Of a DNA stretch of 64,000 bases, positions 1 to 13,860 are shown one piece after another. Under the pieces are notes generated by a model. The model was not told where the DNA came from, did not search any database, and saw only the letters and a list, made by a program, of their open reading frames with translations. The DNA is taken from positions 41,354,001-41,418,000 of the forward strand of contig CM060731.1 in the NCBI GenBank assembly GCA_030704615.1, in the 5' to 3' direction. The translations under genes and the position numbers were made by a program. The first letter of the stretch is position 1. Each line of letters begins with the position of its first letter. The stretch comes from Takakia lepidozioides (taxonomy: Eukaryota > Plantae > Bryophyta).

Positions 1-2472
1 GCAACTCTGAAGCCGAGGGGGGAGCTGCATTGGGGGGCCGTAGGATCCACAAGAAAGGTTGCTCGCTAGCCTCAAGCCCCTGTGCCAGCTCAAGGATTTG
101 TGGTCCTGTCAATCCTCCTGGCTCACTTCCAAATGAAATGTACACAACTGAAGAAGGAACCTGTGTGTTTAACCATAGCAAACATGGGTCACTCCGAGTT
201 TCTTCTCCTTGTACAATGTCCAGATCGCACTTTTTGTGGCTTTGGAAGGCTTGCCGTTCTGTCAGAAGCAACGGACCAATGGGCAAAACAGATCGAGCCT
301 GCACATAGCACCTGCAACTCAGAACTAATAAACAAAGCAGCCTGTCCCCCATGCTGGAGCATCCAACATGAGAAGAGCGTGAACCTTTTGTTCCACATGT
401 ACCAAGCAATGTGACCACCGAACATTATGACATGTTTTTGTTCTTAACCAACACAATATGGTGTTGCTCTCGAACTTCTTGGAAGTGGTGATTTTCAGTC
501 ATCTCTAGGCAGTCCTAACAATGTCAACTCAAGATTACTGAGAGGGTATCAAATTATTCCTGGCAATCTCTTTTTGAGAGACACCCCTGCATCTGAGAGC
601 CTGCTGCCCGGCAGATCGACACCTTCACTAGTAGTTGGTCTAGTGTATCCAGGGAGTTTGGGAATACTTGATGCCTCTGAAACAGGCCACCAAGCACCTC
701 AACCATAAATCAATCCAGCTCGCAAGGGCGGCTTCAAATGCACTCATGATCAGCATTTGTGATTAAGGGGAGGGTTATATCAGTGCCCTCATTTTAACAG
801 TTTTTTTTTTTTTTAAAGAGATGATCTTGGGACCAAAATGTAATTTTTGTAGGTGATGCCACGGCGCATTGCAGCTAAACCTGATTGGCCAATGTGGCAA
901 TGTTTGGCCACCCAAAAACTAGTTTTCTCAGGATGAACCCACGATCCAATTCTCCCCCCATATCCACAGGTGAACAAAATTATTTTGTGAATGCAATCAC
1001 AATCATGTGCATGCAACAAACTTGACAAGCCAAAAACTACACCAAAAGTCAAAAACTACAACCAAGGAAAGTGTCTGACCTTCACACTCGGTGTGCCAAT
1101 GACTTGGGTCTGCAGGGCATCAAACACCCTACCTTGGAGCTCATGAAAAGTGTTGATTAGCAACACTGAAACCTGTGTGAGAGGTAAGAAATGGCGAAGA
1201 AAATAGATGAACAAGGGGTCATCCTTCCCTGCATCCAAACCCCTCGGAACATCCGATGGGCTCAGTGGTGGCAGGCCAGGAATGCAAATGGGCGTGGACT
1301 GATTGCTGGGAGGCAATAGGCCTTCATCTACGAGCCTTCTGAGCTGCCATCACATTCGCACTTATGTCATTTATTGAAAAGGAAAACGCTATATTCTGCA
1401 TGATAAACATCAATATATACTCATACACTGCCCCTGACAAGCCTGTCTAAAGAGTTCCTTATAGCTACGGATGATGCCATGTTTACAATACTATGGCATG
1501 CCGACAGTACTCGGCAGAATTCCTCCCTCTCTCAAGATCTCTCTCTTTGCACCGTAAGCTGTTTGCTCTACCCGGGGACAATACGAGAGCTTTGTTGGTC
1601 TGTTTCTTCTCTCTCCCTCCTCGTTAGCAATTCCCTTCGCAAGAAAATGTCAAGTTTCTAGAAATTTGACTAGGATTTGCCCCTGTCCCGCTAAGTTTCG
1701 TTCTCCATTTCGAATTTCAGGTTGCTAGTATCCGGTCATACTCAGAACAGTGTGAAAACATGGTAAGACCTGTTTCAGTGCCCGCGTTGCTATGGACGAG
1801 TAAAGCACCATTACTTCATCATGTTAAGGTTTCATTCCTTTTGGCACCACGTCTGTCAAGTTTTCGTTCAGCTCTCGAGAGCAGATGTCTACTCCCCCTT
1901 TGGAAAATCTAGATCGAGATTGTTAGATTTTAAGAGAGCTAGAGGCGAATGCACACCTGGAACGCAAAGGATAGAAATGCGGCTCCCGTGGTAAATAGGA
2001 CATGACTTTCGATGTCGAGCTTTTCCGCTACCTTTGAAGTCCAACCCAAAACGAACATATCTGACAGAATGCAGCAAGGCTTGCCACCTGGTGGTACTGA
2101 TCGCTGATTTATCTTGCAGCTCGCTGTGGTGGTTTCCATCATATTCACTAACAGAGCCTCCAGGAGCCTTGCCAGTGTTGCTTCCTCCACCTTCTTTTCT
2201 TCCAAAGAATTCCAAGCGGCGGCCCTTGTTATGCCGTCTTGCAGGCTCACAAATCGCAGGTCTGGGCCGTCATATGTGGAGTCTGCAGTTCCATGGTTTT
2301 CCTGAATCAGTTTTGCAATATGACTGTCAGTGCTCACGAAGGTGGTGGTAATTCCGGATTTGCACAGCAGCTTGGCATACTGTACGCAGGGAATAGAGTG
2401 TCCAGAGGTGGGGCTAGGGACTATGACTACATGTGGGCGGGACTTGTCATACGGAGCCGACGTATTGGCCAT
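1..2472 (-). CDS. Family-1 UDP-glycosyltransferase, 5' part; exons 2472-1957, 1343-1080, 298-<1
   Basis: N-terminal PHVVIVPSPTSGHSIP; exon 2 CIPGLPPLSPSDVP...LINTFHELQ; exon 3 PIGPLL...CLLWLNTQVPSSVVYISFGS...ELAQGLEASEQPFLWILRP. GT-AG junctions keep frame. The PSPG box lies outside the window. Confidence 0.92.
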
Positions 2473-5400
2473 TAGTGTTAGTGTGAGGATTCAGGGTGTG
2501 CGTCCTCAAACAGTACGCCTTCTAAGCAAATTCAATATAGAAACAGTGACTGCTGACTATCATTCGGGGCCTAATTTTGAGGGGCGGAGCCCAGGTAGAG
2601 AGAGAAGACGATGTTAACAACGTCCAATGACATGAGGAGACGATAGACTCAACCTCACACTCAGACTCCAGGCTTCGAACCTCCAGCCTGCTTTTTGACA
2701 AAATTGAACCAAGACTTTGCGAAAAGGCGACAAGCTAGTTTGAAGTCGTAAGTATGTTGAAAGAAGTTCAGCTTGAAGCTTGGTGTCGCTTGAAGACAAG
2801 TAGTAATTTCACGGAACTTTTAAGAAGGGCTTGATGCAAAACCAAGTGTGTTGTGACCCGTATTCCTTAAATCACAAGTCAGAACTGACATCGGCCTGTT
2901 TCTATCACAGAATTAAGACTCGAAAGAGTGAAGCCCACACCAACCCTTCTTCATCTTACATATCAGCGGCAGTCACAAAGTCGTTTCTTTCTTTCTTATG
3001 AAAATTCCCAATCAGAATTGACGAGCCCGTATAGTGAAAGGCACCATTTTGCGTTCTGCTCTCTTGAGGAATGGGACTTCCCCTCCCAATGGTCGTGCCA
3101 TGTATGCTAACTGCAGGTAATAGAGCTGACTACCTTTGTGGATTGCAATCAAGTCTCCGTGGAGATTTCCGTAATGTCGCGAAAGTAGGTTGTAGATCAT
3201 ATGGTTCAATGACTTTTCTGGTTTATCTCAAGCACACAGGAAAGAGGTATAATCAGACTGCAAACACTCACTTAGGTCACATTTTGGAAGGTGTTTTAAT
3301 ACTGGTGGGTGGGTCTGCACCATACTGTAACCAGGCACCATTAACCGTCGCATTACCGTACAGGGCATTTTGTTCCAAAAGAATTGAACTGCGTCTTTCA
3401 GGGTTTTGAAATTTTATCCACCGGGATCTCAAATTTTCACGGAACAACCAACAGACGATGACGAGACAGAGTCAAGGAGTGTTATTTGAGGAATGATACT
3501 GCTCGTGCAGCCATTTATTTCAGGCAGTTGTCTGTGGCAGTGACACTGTAGTGAAAGGAGAGAGATTTATGACATGAGTCTTGATGGGCTGGATGTAGAG
3601 GGCTGGGGACTTGTGGAACATGTGCAGTGCAGGTAATAGGCAAGATGGTGCCTGATCAATGGGGTCCTCTAGAAAAAGTGCTATTGAATTTTCCCCCTCA
3701 TAAAGCACCTGGAAATGAGCGCCTCCGCCTTGCCTGCCAGGTGATTGTGACAACACTTTCTGATCTGTCCATGTTTGAACTTGTTCTATGCATCCCAAAT
3801 TGTTTTGTAAATTCCACATCTCTTGATATCAGGTGGGGTGAATGTCATACCCATGGATGCTAGAATCTCCACATCTGGCCTCCACTGATCATATGTTGAG
3901 AATTGATTTGTAGTGTGTCTCGCAGTTTGGGTATTATCAGCTGAATACCGATGGGCTGCTGCATACTGTCTGTTACTGGCGTTTTCTTCAGACTCATGTT
4001 TTATAAGCAAGAGTCTTGCAAATGAGACTTCGTTGTGAGAGACCTCTGGCAGTTCCATACTCAGATTGTTACTCTACCAGGAGGAGGAGGAGGAGGTTCG
4101 TTGGCTGGTACAGCTATGCCGTCTGTCAAATGGGAAAGCATTGACTTGTCCATACGTATTTTAAAGAAGTCGGAGCAATTGATTCTGTTGGGTGGGGGTG
4201 GGTGTAGGTGCGGGTGGATGGCGATTTGACAGTGGTGAAGTACAACAAAATGTGGGGTCAGGTATTGATATCTTGTAAAATCTCTGTTTCTTAGGTTCAT
4301 AGACCTGCCTGAGACTTATGGTTCTGCTGTAAAGGGAGTTCCCTCCCAAGTATGGGATCATCCATACAGTTCAGAGTCCTTAACATACGGCATCTTCTGC
4401 CAGTGTACTGCTTGTGAGATTGGAGTCCAGAGTACCCTGCACTGTGATTTTCAAAAGCGATAAAGGTAAGGTGAGATAGTGTGCTGGTTGGGTCAAATGT
4501 TAAAAACAAGGTAAAGCTTGTTGGTCCTGTACCCTAGAAGCAAGAATAGTTGTCAAAAGTGCCAGCCATGGGGTTCTACATCTCAAGATCAGAAAAATTA
4601 GAGAGCTCAAGTGGAGGAGAGTCAGGTCAAAATTGATGTCCAGAGAGCAAGTGTGTGTCAAAGTGAAGGCTGAATTCCAGCTCAAGTCTTTCTGAGCTGC
4701 TTCATAGGCTTTGGTGGACAAGTTGCACCGAGGGAGGGCCCTCTCTACTACGCACTGGGCAGAAGAGTATGTCACCTCCGTCTGGACGATAAGTTAACCC
4801 AGCTGTGAAAAGGGGGATCCACACCTGAGAGCCACAAGTGAATACATGTTGAGGGCTGCAGTGATCGTGCTGGCAGAACAATGCCAACTCCAGCCATTAT
4901 ATTGGACCCCTGAGTTTAGTCATTTGCTGCAAACACTATGACACGGTCAGACTGTCAAAACCAGAATGTACTATGGGTGTGCCACAAGGCAATGGAGCGC
5001 AGTGTCATGAGTACATCACCTCTCTATGCTAGGTCTAGTGTACATTATCGCTCCTCCTATGTCTCTGCCAGGACAACTCTAATTCAATTCATAAACTCTA
5101 TGTCCAAATTTTGAATATGAATGTAGACAAGTACTTTGTAAAATCCTTCATTTGCATGTGCATCTTATGTGCAGGGTGATGTGCCTCTGGGACCAGCCTC
5201 TGAAGATGAATTCAAGTTGCCATTGGGAAATCTTGAGTATGTGTTTGATCCAATTAAGGATCTAAAACAGAGCAGCACCAAGGTTGACCCACATACGTGA
5301 GTGGCAGGCGAATAACACTAGGAATAGTGTATTGCAGGCACGTGCAAAGTGACTCTGATTAATTGTTAATTGATAATAATACTATTGACTATTATTACTT

Positions 5401-5793
5401 CTGTGACCGGATTTATTCGCACTGAAGAATATGCCAATAAATGAACATATCCATTTATTCATCAAATTTTTCCTGAACCCTGAAACTGAAGATCCGCTAC
5501 AACAGTCTGGTACAAGGCTTGTGATGAATTTGTGGGTGTGGATTTCAAACCAGCAGAGCAGAGAGGGATCAAATGTAGCAGATTGGGTGAAGTGTAGTGG
5601 ATTTTCATAGAGTAGATGGGGTGGCTTCAAGCATCGGATGGGGAGGATCAACCTGGCGTATGTGGTGGTGCTGCTAGTGTTCCTCTGTCTGCTCTTTCCG
5701 ATGGGTGGGTTATTTCCTGGATTTGTTGGTCCGTTACAGTGTCTATTGTGTCGGCTATTTTTGACGTTGACATGGTTGTTTGTATGTATGGTG

Positions 5794-5794
<1 letters not shown>

Positions 5795-5820
<26 letters not shown>
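5795..5820. repeat. (GA)n microsatellite
   Basis: Direct dinucleotide run. Confidence 0.9.
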
Positions 5821-5826
<6 letters not shown>

Positions 5827-6329
5827 CAGATGAAAGTATATATCGGTGGGTTTTTTAGGAGAATTAAACCCTAAGAGTGCGACTTTAAAATTAATCAAAC
5901 TAATCTATAGAACTGTGGCTTTCTCTCTCAGACCGAGGTTGATGCTACACCACTTTGCTGGGAGGTTAAGTGCAAAGTGCGATATAATAATATGTTATAT
6001 TCCTCTGCTTCACCTCTACCTGGAAGGGACCCCCTCACAATCGGTTATTTTTTTAGCAGCAACACCTAGTGAAGACGAAATGCCTAGTCCATTGATGTTT
6101 GATTCAGGTGCAGCTATGCTGATTGAGGAATTCCAATAGGAGATGGCCTTTCACTTCCTGCTCACAATTGTTTTGTTCCTGTCATAAAACCAGAGAACCT
6201 CACATCAGAACGTATAGGCTTACAAATACATACAGATCCATCTCCACTTTTTCAGTGCTCAAAGACTGGCACAGGCATCAGAATACACATGAGGTTCATC
6301 TACCAGGCGTCACCCATTCACAATCTCCA

Positions 6330-7850
6330 AAGCCTCCCTGCCACACCCAGTACATAAACAGAGTACATATAAGTTCCTTGCTTTGCATCCTCAATGCACC
6401 CACATTGGGCATACATGTCCACTAGGGCAGAGTTCAGAATGATATTTGGTACAATTCCAGCTTTGACAATGTCACCATAGACCTCTTTTGACCTTTTCCA
6501 AGGCTGCGAGGCTTGCACAAACATTGCAGTCACACAAAAACATGATGTGGTTGGGCTTCACCCCTTCCCCCATAATTTGATCAAAGGTCTCCAAATCCAC
6601 CATCCCACGTCCCTGCTGTGCATACCCTGCGATGCTTGTGAGTGTGCACCTGCTTTCCAGCTTCCAGACCTTTCTTGGCGTGAATCCACATCAGAGTTTG
6701 TTGGCACTAGGAAAGGGTTGAGACTGAGCTGCTCAACTACTCCCTGGTCTTACTGGGTTTACACATTGTGCCAAGCACAACATCTGGTGCCAAGGCCTCC
6801 ATCCAGTGCCCCTGCTGTGCAAGCATCGAGTCCCACGACACCACATCTCGTTCAGCCATACTGTTCCCTTCATACATGTCCACGAGGGTATTGTTCAGAA
6901 TGACATGTGTGGACCTCTTTGCCCTTCTCCAGAGCTGCCAGGCTTGCACACGCATTGCAAACTATCAAAGGTTCACTCAACCAGTAACTTGCAGAAATCA
7001 ACATGAAAATTTAAGGATGATTTCGATAAGAGAGGAAAACATGGTGAAATGTTTTGAAGGCACTTCATCTGCCCATACAATCTTCTCAGCTCAGCATGGA
7101 TATCCTTAATGCTGGGATGCAACCTGTCATCTACAGCGAAGGTGTGCACCCTGTTGCAAATCTCAATGCAGCAGCGACTTGGCTCCTTTCTAACCCCTCT
7201 GACCTTCATCATTCTTCTCACCAACTCCTGCTTTTGCGATGCAACCATGCACCCCTTCGCTCATTTCCAAGGTTGCCAGGCTTGCAAACACACAGACGTG
7301 ATGTGGTCGGGCTTCACCCCTTCTCCCATTATTTGCTCATAGGTCTCCAAACCCCTGCTGTGCATAACCTGCAAGCATCGCGTTCCACGACACCACAATT
7401 CAACACTGCCTTCGCATCCTCGATGCTCCCACATTTGGCATACATGTCCACGAGGGCATTGTTCAGAATAACATTGGGTACAATTCCAGCTTTGACAATG
7501 TCACCATGGACCTCTTTCCCCTTTTCCAAGGCTCCCAAGCTTGCACACGCATTGCAAACACAAACAAAGGTGATGTGGTTGGGCTTCACCCTTCGCAGAG
7601 TACACATAAGTTCCTTGCTTTGCATCCTCAATGCACCCACATTTGGCATACATGTCCACCAAGGCAGAGTTCAGAATTCAGAATGACATCTGGTACACAC
7701 CATGGACCTCTTTACCCTTTTCCAGGGTTGTCAGGCTTTGCACAAGCATTGCATTCACAAACAAACGTGATGTGGTTGGGCTTCACCCCTTCCCCCATCA
7801 ATTGATCATAGGTTTCCAAAGCCACCAACCCACGTCCCTGCTGTGCATAC
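6330..7850 (-). pseudogene. Scrambled PLS-class PPR fragments including an E/E+ remnant
   Basis: Repeated KPNHITFVCVCNACASLGALEKGKEVH...NNALVDMYAKCGS and VRKEPSRCCIEICNRVHTFAVDDRLHP pieces, broken by frameshifts and internal duplications. Confidence 0.85.
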
Positions 7851-8415
7851 CTTTTATACAAAAATTGTCGATAAATTTGAATTGTTAAATAATCCATATG
7901 AATTATTTAGAGATTTTTTATCAAACAAATTAAAATAAAAGATATATTCAAATGTGATTCAGACCAGTTTGTGAAAGTCTTCTTGGGGCTGGAACCCAAA
8001 GAGTGCATGGAGAAGGGTAATATAACAAAGACTAAAATATTCCCTCGGAAATTTTGGGGGCTCTTGTGCTGAATGTACAGTTTTGCAATACTTATAGTTG
8101 GTTTTAAAATGTCTGTTGACTCCAATTGGTCCCAAGCTATTCCACAAAGGACAGAAGTCAGCTCATTAATCCATGGTAGAGCTTCAAATTCACAAAGGCC
8201 TTGCACACAGTTCAACGTCAAAGAAACCCACAGCAATACAGCACTGGACCACTGGGATAGAAGGGGCCGTAATCCAATGTTCAGCCCGCAAGGCAAACAA
8301 TGTGAAAAGCAAGTCAACTCACTCTATACATGTAGAATTGATACTACATGACGCCTATCAATCTTATCATATTGTATAGAATCCAATTCAACTGAGAAAC
8401 TTAATTGAGTATATC

Positions 8416-8891
8416 TTACAGTTTGGCTGCATCAGAAGCAAGGGAATCAAAGTGCAAGATGGAATGCCTGAGCAATTCATCGGCTGTGGGCTTCATTTTG
8501 GACATGGGGTGCATCAGCCCCTGCAACAATGAGTTGAACGAATCAATGACTTCAACTCACCCCTGAGAAGATTCTGAAACGACAAAGAGAAACTAGGGAG
8601 GAGTGTCAATTTTCCATGCCTGGAAGTACTTGGGCCCCAAAGATGGCAGCGGCGAGTCCCCCACCACTTCATACATGGAAGCCCTCAGTGCGAACATGTC
8701 CACCTTTTGAAGCTGCCTGTGGTGGTCATTCAAAATCTCCAAGGGCATATAGCCTCCTCAATGCCTAAACTCCCATCAACGTGTGTGGCACGGCCAAAGT
8801 CACCCAACTTGTATACACAATTGAGACCATACATGTTGTCTGGCTTTAGGTCCAGGTGCACTAGGCCCTTTGAATGGATGAGAGTAAGAAC
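8416..8891 (-). pseudogene. WEE1: WEE1-like kinase C-terminal fragment
   Basis: IHSKGLVHLDLKPDNMY..VYKLGDFG..DGSLGIEE/YMPLEILND..KVDMFAL..PLP../GKLTLLP..FQNLLR. Two frameshifts, the GDAR motif is lost, and a short intron remnant is retained. Confidence 0.8.
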
Positions 8892-10064
8892 CTGCAATAT
8901 CTGGCAATGTTTAAACCCAAGTTAAACACATCAAATGAAGGGCTCACTCTTTGTCATCCAAACCAATTGACATCTTTAAATACGCAGGACTTACCTTCAA
9001 TGCAGCTCGGTCATACTTTTCAAGGGAGCCTACTCTTCCTCAAAGTACCCTACACATGAACTGCCCGCCAGGCCACCTAAGAATTAGTATTGGATCCACA
9101 TGTGATGATTGAGGATGAGAAGATAACTTGATGCCGATCACAGGAAGCTCAGAAATGTGCCTCAAACAGGTCTGCAGAGGGAGTCGATGTACTACTAGCC
9201 CATTCACTGCAAAGACTTGGCCACTGCTGGAGCATCAACCTCCACCTCAAACTATCCTCAAATTGTCCAGAAGGATACCTTGTCTCTCCCTCTCTCTCTG
9301 GATGCTATAATGTTACTTTCTTTCTCTCGAGCAGCACGGCTAGTAGGGCAACCACGGCTGGAAGAAGACATCATTGGTCAGATCCTAGGCTAGCCTGTGC
9401 ATTCCAATATCCAGTGTTTTTTGTGTTTCTCCTCTATACAGCTGTCGTGTCCTTTGAAGAAGTGGCTACGCTCAGTTATGAAAGACCAACATTTGGCCAT
9501 GGAGGAATAGCATCTGCTGCATATTCCTTTGTAGCTTGTACTAACATTTTTTGGATGGAGAATAGAATAAAGTAGATACTAAACATTCAGGGTTTGTTTT
9601 GTTGCATTGCAAGGTAAGAACTTGTAACTGTTAATGTTTGAACAACTGAACTCGTTGATAGACGTTTTCAATCATGTTTACAAGCTCTCTTTCTGTCTGT
9701 CAATGTTCAATGAAGTTCAAGTCTTAATTCTGCCTTGATCTAAGGCTTCTAACTAAGATTGTTGAAAAACAAGGCATGGATCACATATTGTACAGGAGGC
9801 CCAGACACTGCTTGCCATAGTTGAGACAAATGAAATAGGTGGAAGTGACAATGTCCACATTGTAAAAGAGCAGAAAGGGATGGAATTCAGAATGGCCATG
9901 GGGCTCCCCTGTTTGTGAGAGATCATCTGCAACTAAGAGAGTGTTGCAGAGATGACCTTGTGGTAGGAGGTGGAGCTGAAGGGGATGGAACTGTAGCTGG
10001 GAGCTACAGCAAACAGGAGACGAGAAGGATGAACTGGCAGGCCTCCCTACTGGTGAACAACAGA

Positions 10065-10257
10065 TCACACATAGCAAATTGATGCTTGTGTGAAGAGCTA
10101 ACTGGAAAGCCTGGACAAATTGTTTATATCAAGTAAGTCCCACTACCGGAGTGAGCCCCTCACAAAGGTATTGTTTGTTCCCTTTTGTTCCGTCCAAACT
10201 GAGCGCGGGGTCTATGGCCAGAAGGCTAAGGGCAAATGTCTTACGAGTACATTCTTA
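10065..10257 (+). mobile_element. 3'-end fragment of LINE family A
   Basis: Homologous to 19280-19480 (gatgcttgtgtgaag...ggcca..aggcta..gtcttacgagtacattct). Confidence 0.8.
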
Positions 10258-10478
10258 ATGACTGGAAAGTGGATGCAAGACTTTCGTTTCAGGACTTCAG
10301 CATTCATAGGTTGATTGTCTGAGTTCAAGTTTAGGACTGTCTGTCTCGTTCTCTTTTATTCCCTCACCATCTGAATGGAGAAGCTTTATTGATTCATGTT
10401 GTCTACATACATACTCACAAGAGTATTGTCCTCTGAATATTGTCGTATGTGCTGAGCCATATAGTTGTGTGGCTGCAG

Positions 10479-10627
10479 CGCGCTTCTCAATTCATGACTA
10501 CATACTTTCCAGATTTTGTGGACCGTAGTCTACGATTGCAAAGATACTGGGCACGTCTGCAAACCCAGTTACAGAAGGATATTGTGGCTGCTCGTGGGAT
10601 CTGGGAAAACTTGATCAAGACACAGTA
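10479..10627 (+). pseudogene. Isolated exon of a SART3/Prp24-like HAT-repeat gene
   Basis: RASQFMTTYFPDFVDRSLRLQRYWARLQTQLQKDIVAARGIWENLIKT, flanked by AG and GTAAGT. Resembles plant SART3 'YWARLE..LGKDLVAARGVWESLLK'. No other exons recognised. Confidence 0.65.
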
Positions 10628-11083
10628 GTAAGTAGTTTAATCCAGCAGCTTTGAACTTATCCTTTATGAAAGTATAAACCTACTACTGCAATATATCAAT
10701 ATTCTTGGCTGAAATGACGTGTATATGCCCGGGACTGAAGTCTACTAGTTGATGCACGTACACTTGGAATCGCCTGAGAGCTGTGAGCTTGGAACCGATA
10801 AATAACCAATCTCCTTACTTTATTTATCAATCCACAAGCCATTAGCCTTGCCAAGTATATCATTGGTTATCTCAATCCATGTGGTCAATCTAAGCACCAC
10901 CCACATGGGATGAAGTACTTATAAATCAACCACCATCCATCTTTAGCACCGCTAAATTAATATCATGGTCAGCTATATCCAACATGCGAAGATTGAGGTA
11001 CCTAATAAAGGCTCTCATTGTTTGACTTGAATGCAGGCACGTGTGGTTGTGGCGGGGCCCGCGGGTGGCACAGGGTCACGCAG

Positions 11084-11226
11084 GGTCTGGTGACCCCTAC
11101 CCGGCGGGGTCAGTATGCTCGGGCGAGCCGCCCCCGGCCCGCACAGGGGAAGCGAGTCTGGTGACCCCTACCCGGCGGGGTCAGTATGCTCGGGTGAGCC
11201 GCCCCCGGCCCGCACAGGGGAAGCGA
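11084..11226. repeat. GC-rich tandem duplication of about 72 bp
   Basis: gtctggtgacccctacccggcggggtcagtatgctcggg...gcacaggggaagcgag occurs twice. Confidence 0.85.
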
Positions 11227-11451
11227 GAACGGGAGTGAGTTTGTTGGGCCCACAAACACCTGAATATATGTAGATATATAATTAATTATTTCAAGGGTTT
11301 GCAGATAGCAGCGGCTAGTGTGATGGTAAGGAGCATCTTGTGATGAATGTGAGGATAACTGTTCAAATCTTGGCAGGTAATGTGTATTAATAATAAATAT
11401 ATATTTTGTTTGAGGAGGGTCCGAAGGTTGGAGTTAGGCGCCAGTTGGAAT

Positions 11452-11680
11452 CTGTCGCTAGTCAGTCCGCTCGTCAATCGCCAGTCTGCTGGTGAGTCCG
11501 CTCTCCAGTCTGCCAGACAGAGTCAGTCCGCTCGCCAATCGCCAGTCCGCCAGTCAGTCCACTCGCCACTCACCAGTCCGCTCACCACTCGCCACTCGCC
11601 AGGCAGTCTGCTCGCCAATCCACTGGTCTGTCCGCTCGCTAGTTGAAGTCAGTCTGTTGGGGGTTCATCCAGTCCGCTAG
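11452..11680. repeat. Degenerate low-complexity (cagtccgctcgcc)-type array
   Basis: Repeated cagtccgctc/cactcgcca units. Confidence 0.7.
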
Positions 11681-13860
11681 AAGGTCCGCCGCCGTTAAAG
11701 AACTAGGACTTAGAAAAAATTCAGAATCTAGACCCGGTGAAAGGGGGGTGGGTTCATGAGCTCACCCCTGGCCGTACTGGCGGGGCCCATAGTTGCATTC
11801 AAGACCCAATTATTAAAAAATGAGAGCCCCTAATAAATTGTTGAATGTAAGAGAAAGTTGACAACTTTAGTTCTTGTACTAAGTTGTGTTGTTATCATCT
11901 ATCATCTACGGTTTCAAACCGTTTGTACAGGAGATCAACTCGTGAACTTGGTTGAACTCAAGAGTTGCACTAAGCTCCGTGAACAATGGTTCTTTGTTTT
12001 CTCTTTAGTGTGCTTGTAGGTCCTGTTGCGATCAAGAGAGTTATAGTGGACTAGGTGAATAGAGGCTCTTCCTTTTCTCTCCGTGTGCTTGTCGTTCGTG
12101 TTGCAATCCAGATGGCGTTATATCAATCTCCCTCCAAGAAGGCCAAAATAAATTTGATTCTGTCTATCGATGAGATTTCTACTATGAGGGCGACCGGTGG
12201 TTGCTTCGAGGGATTTGTAATGTCTCGTTATGGGACTTACGATTCCGGAAGTGCCATTGTGAATTATTTGCACTGTGATCTAGGTTTACTGGTTGCCACT
12301 GCTATTATAAAGAAGTTAAGAATTTCCTCAATATTTGATGTGGAAGTTTCAATCTTGATGACATGAGGTGAGTCTCCTCTTTTGAACTTTGATTTCTTGC
12401 CAAACAGAAAATTGGAAATCTTTGACATACTTTCCAAGACAAGGAATTTTTGAGTGCAAAGAGGCAACTTGCGCATGCTCTTTGCACGTCACCATGATTG
12501 TGTTGAAACCTGCGTTATCCGTGAGATCACAGTGCAAATAATTCACAGCGGCACTTCTGGAATCGTAAGTCCCGTAACAAGACATTATAAATCCCTCGAA
12601 GCAACCACCAGTCGCCCTCGCAGTAGAAATCTCATCGATAGACGGAATCAAATTTACTTTGGCCTTTTTGGAGGGAGATTGACATAACGTCATCTTGATC
12701 GCAACAGGAACGACAAATGTCACACGAAGAGAAAACGAAGAGCCTCTATTCACCTAGTCCACTGCAATTCTCTTGATCGCAATAGGAACTATAAGCACGC
12801 TAAAGAGAAAACAAAGAACATCTGTTCACCAAGCTCACTACAACTCTTGAGCTCACCGAGTTCAACCAAGTTCAGGAGTTCATCTCCACAGACGGTTTGA
12901 AAGCGTAGATGATAGATGATAACAGCACTACTTGGTAGAAGAACTAAGAAGTTGTCAACTTTCTTTCATATGTCCTCTATCTTCACATGTTGGATATGAT
13001 GGACCATGATATTAATTTAGCAGTGCTAAAGATGGATGGTGGTTGATTTATAAGTACTTCATCCGAGGTCGGTGGTGCTTAGATTGACCATGGATTGAGA
13101 TAACCAATGATATGGCAAGGCTAATGATGGCTTGTGGATTGATAAATCCAGTTAATTGGTAAAACACTGTTTAAAGTAACCAAGATGATATATTCAACAA
13201 GGATACAGTATTGGTATCAATATATGAAAGAAGCCGGTTCGTTTGTTTTGTTTTGTAGCGTTGAGATGTCCCAAACCGTTGGAGGGGGTGCACGGGTTTG
13301 GTATCAGGATTTTTGGACCTGCGAGATTGGAATTCCAAGTACTTTTGGTCGCTGGAAATTCCCCAAAAATAGCAAAAATGGCAAAATGGGCATTCCAGGA
13401 CAATGGTTGGAGCCTCGACGGAGAGATAGTAAGGAAAAGGTCTCCGGTTCAAATCTGGCTGTAGGCAGGTGAGAGAGGTGATGGAGCTGGAGGCAAGACA
13501 GAAGGAGGAGGCGATAGAGGTGGAGGCAAGAGAGAAAGTAGGTGAGAGAAACAATGAGATATGGTTAAAGCAAATTTCAAGTACTTTTGGTCGCTGCACA
13601 ATGATTGGAATCTCCAAAGGAGAGATATCAAGGGAAAGGTCTCCGGTTCAAATGTGGTCGTATGCTCAGTGGAAAAAAAAATGATTAGATATGGCTTGCT
13701 TCATATATTGATGCACTTGGACTTTAGATATATCTCTCCTTCCATCAATATCAACTAGGGTAGCCTGTGCCGTTGGCCCAAGTGTCCAATGTCATTAACC
13801 CTCTTTAACCCTTTGATATCTGTGGGTGGATATTTATGGGCCACGATGTATAAAGCGGAG

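Larger units (their letters stand above)
10825..13148. repeat. Large inverted duplication (fold-back). Left arm 10825-10995 plus 11851-12280; right arm 12523-13148; loop about 240 bp
   Basis: The arms are reverse complements. ORFs 12055+ and 12349- are the paired copies. An insertion of about 850 bp interrupts the left arm. Confidence 0.88.
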
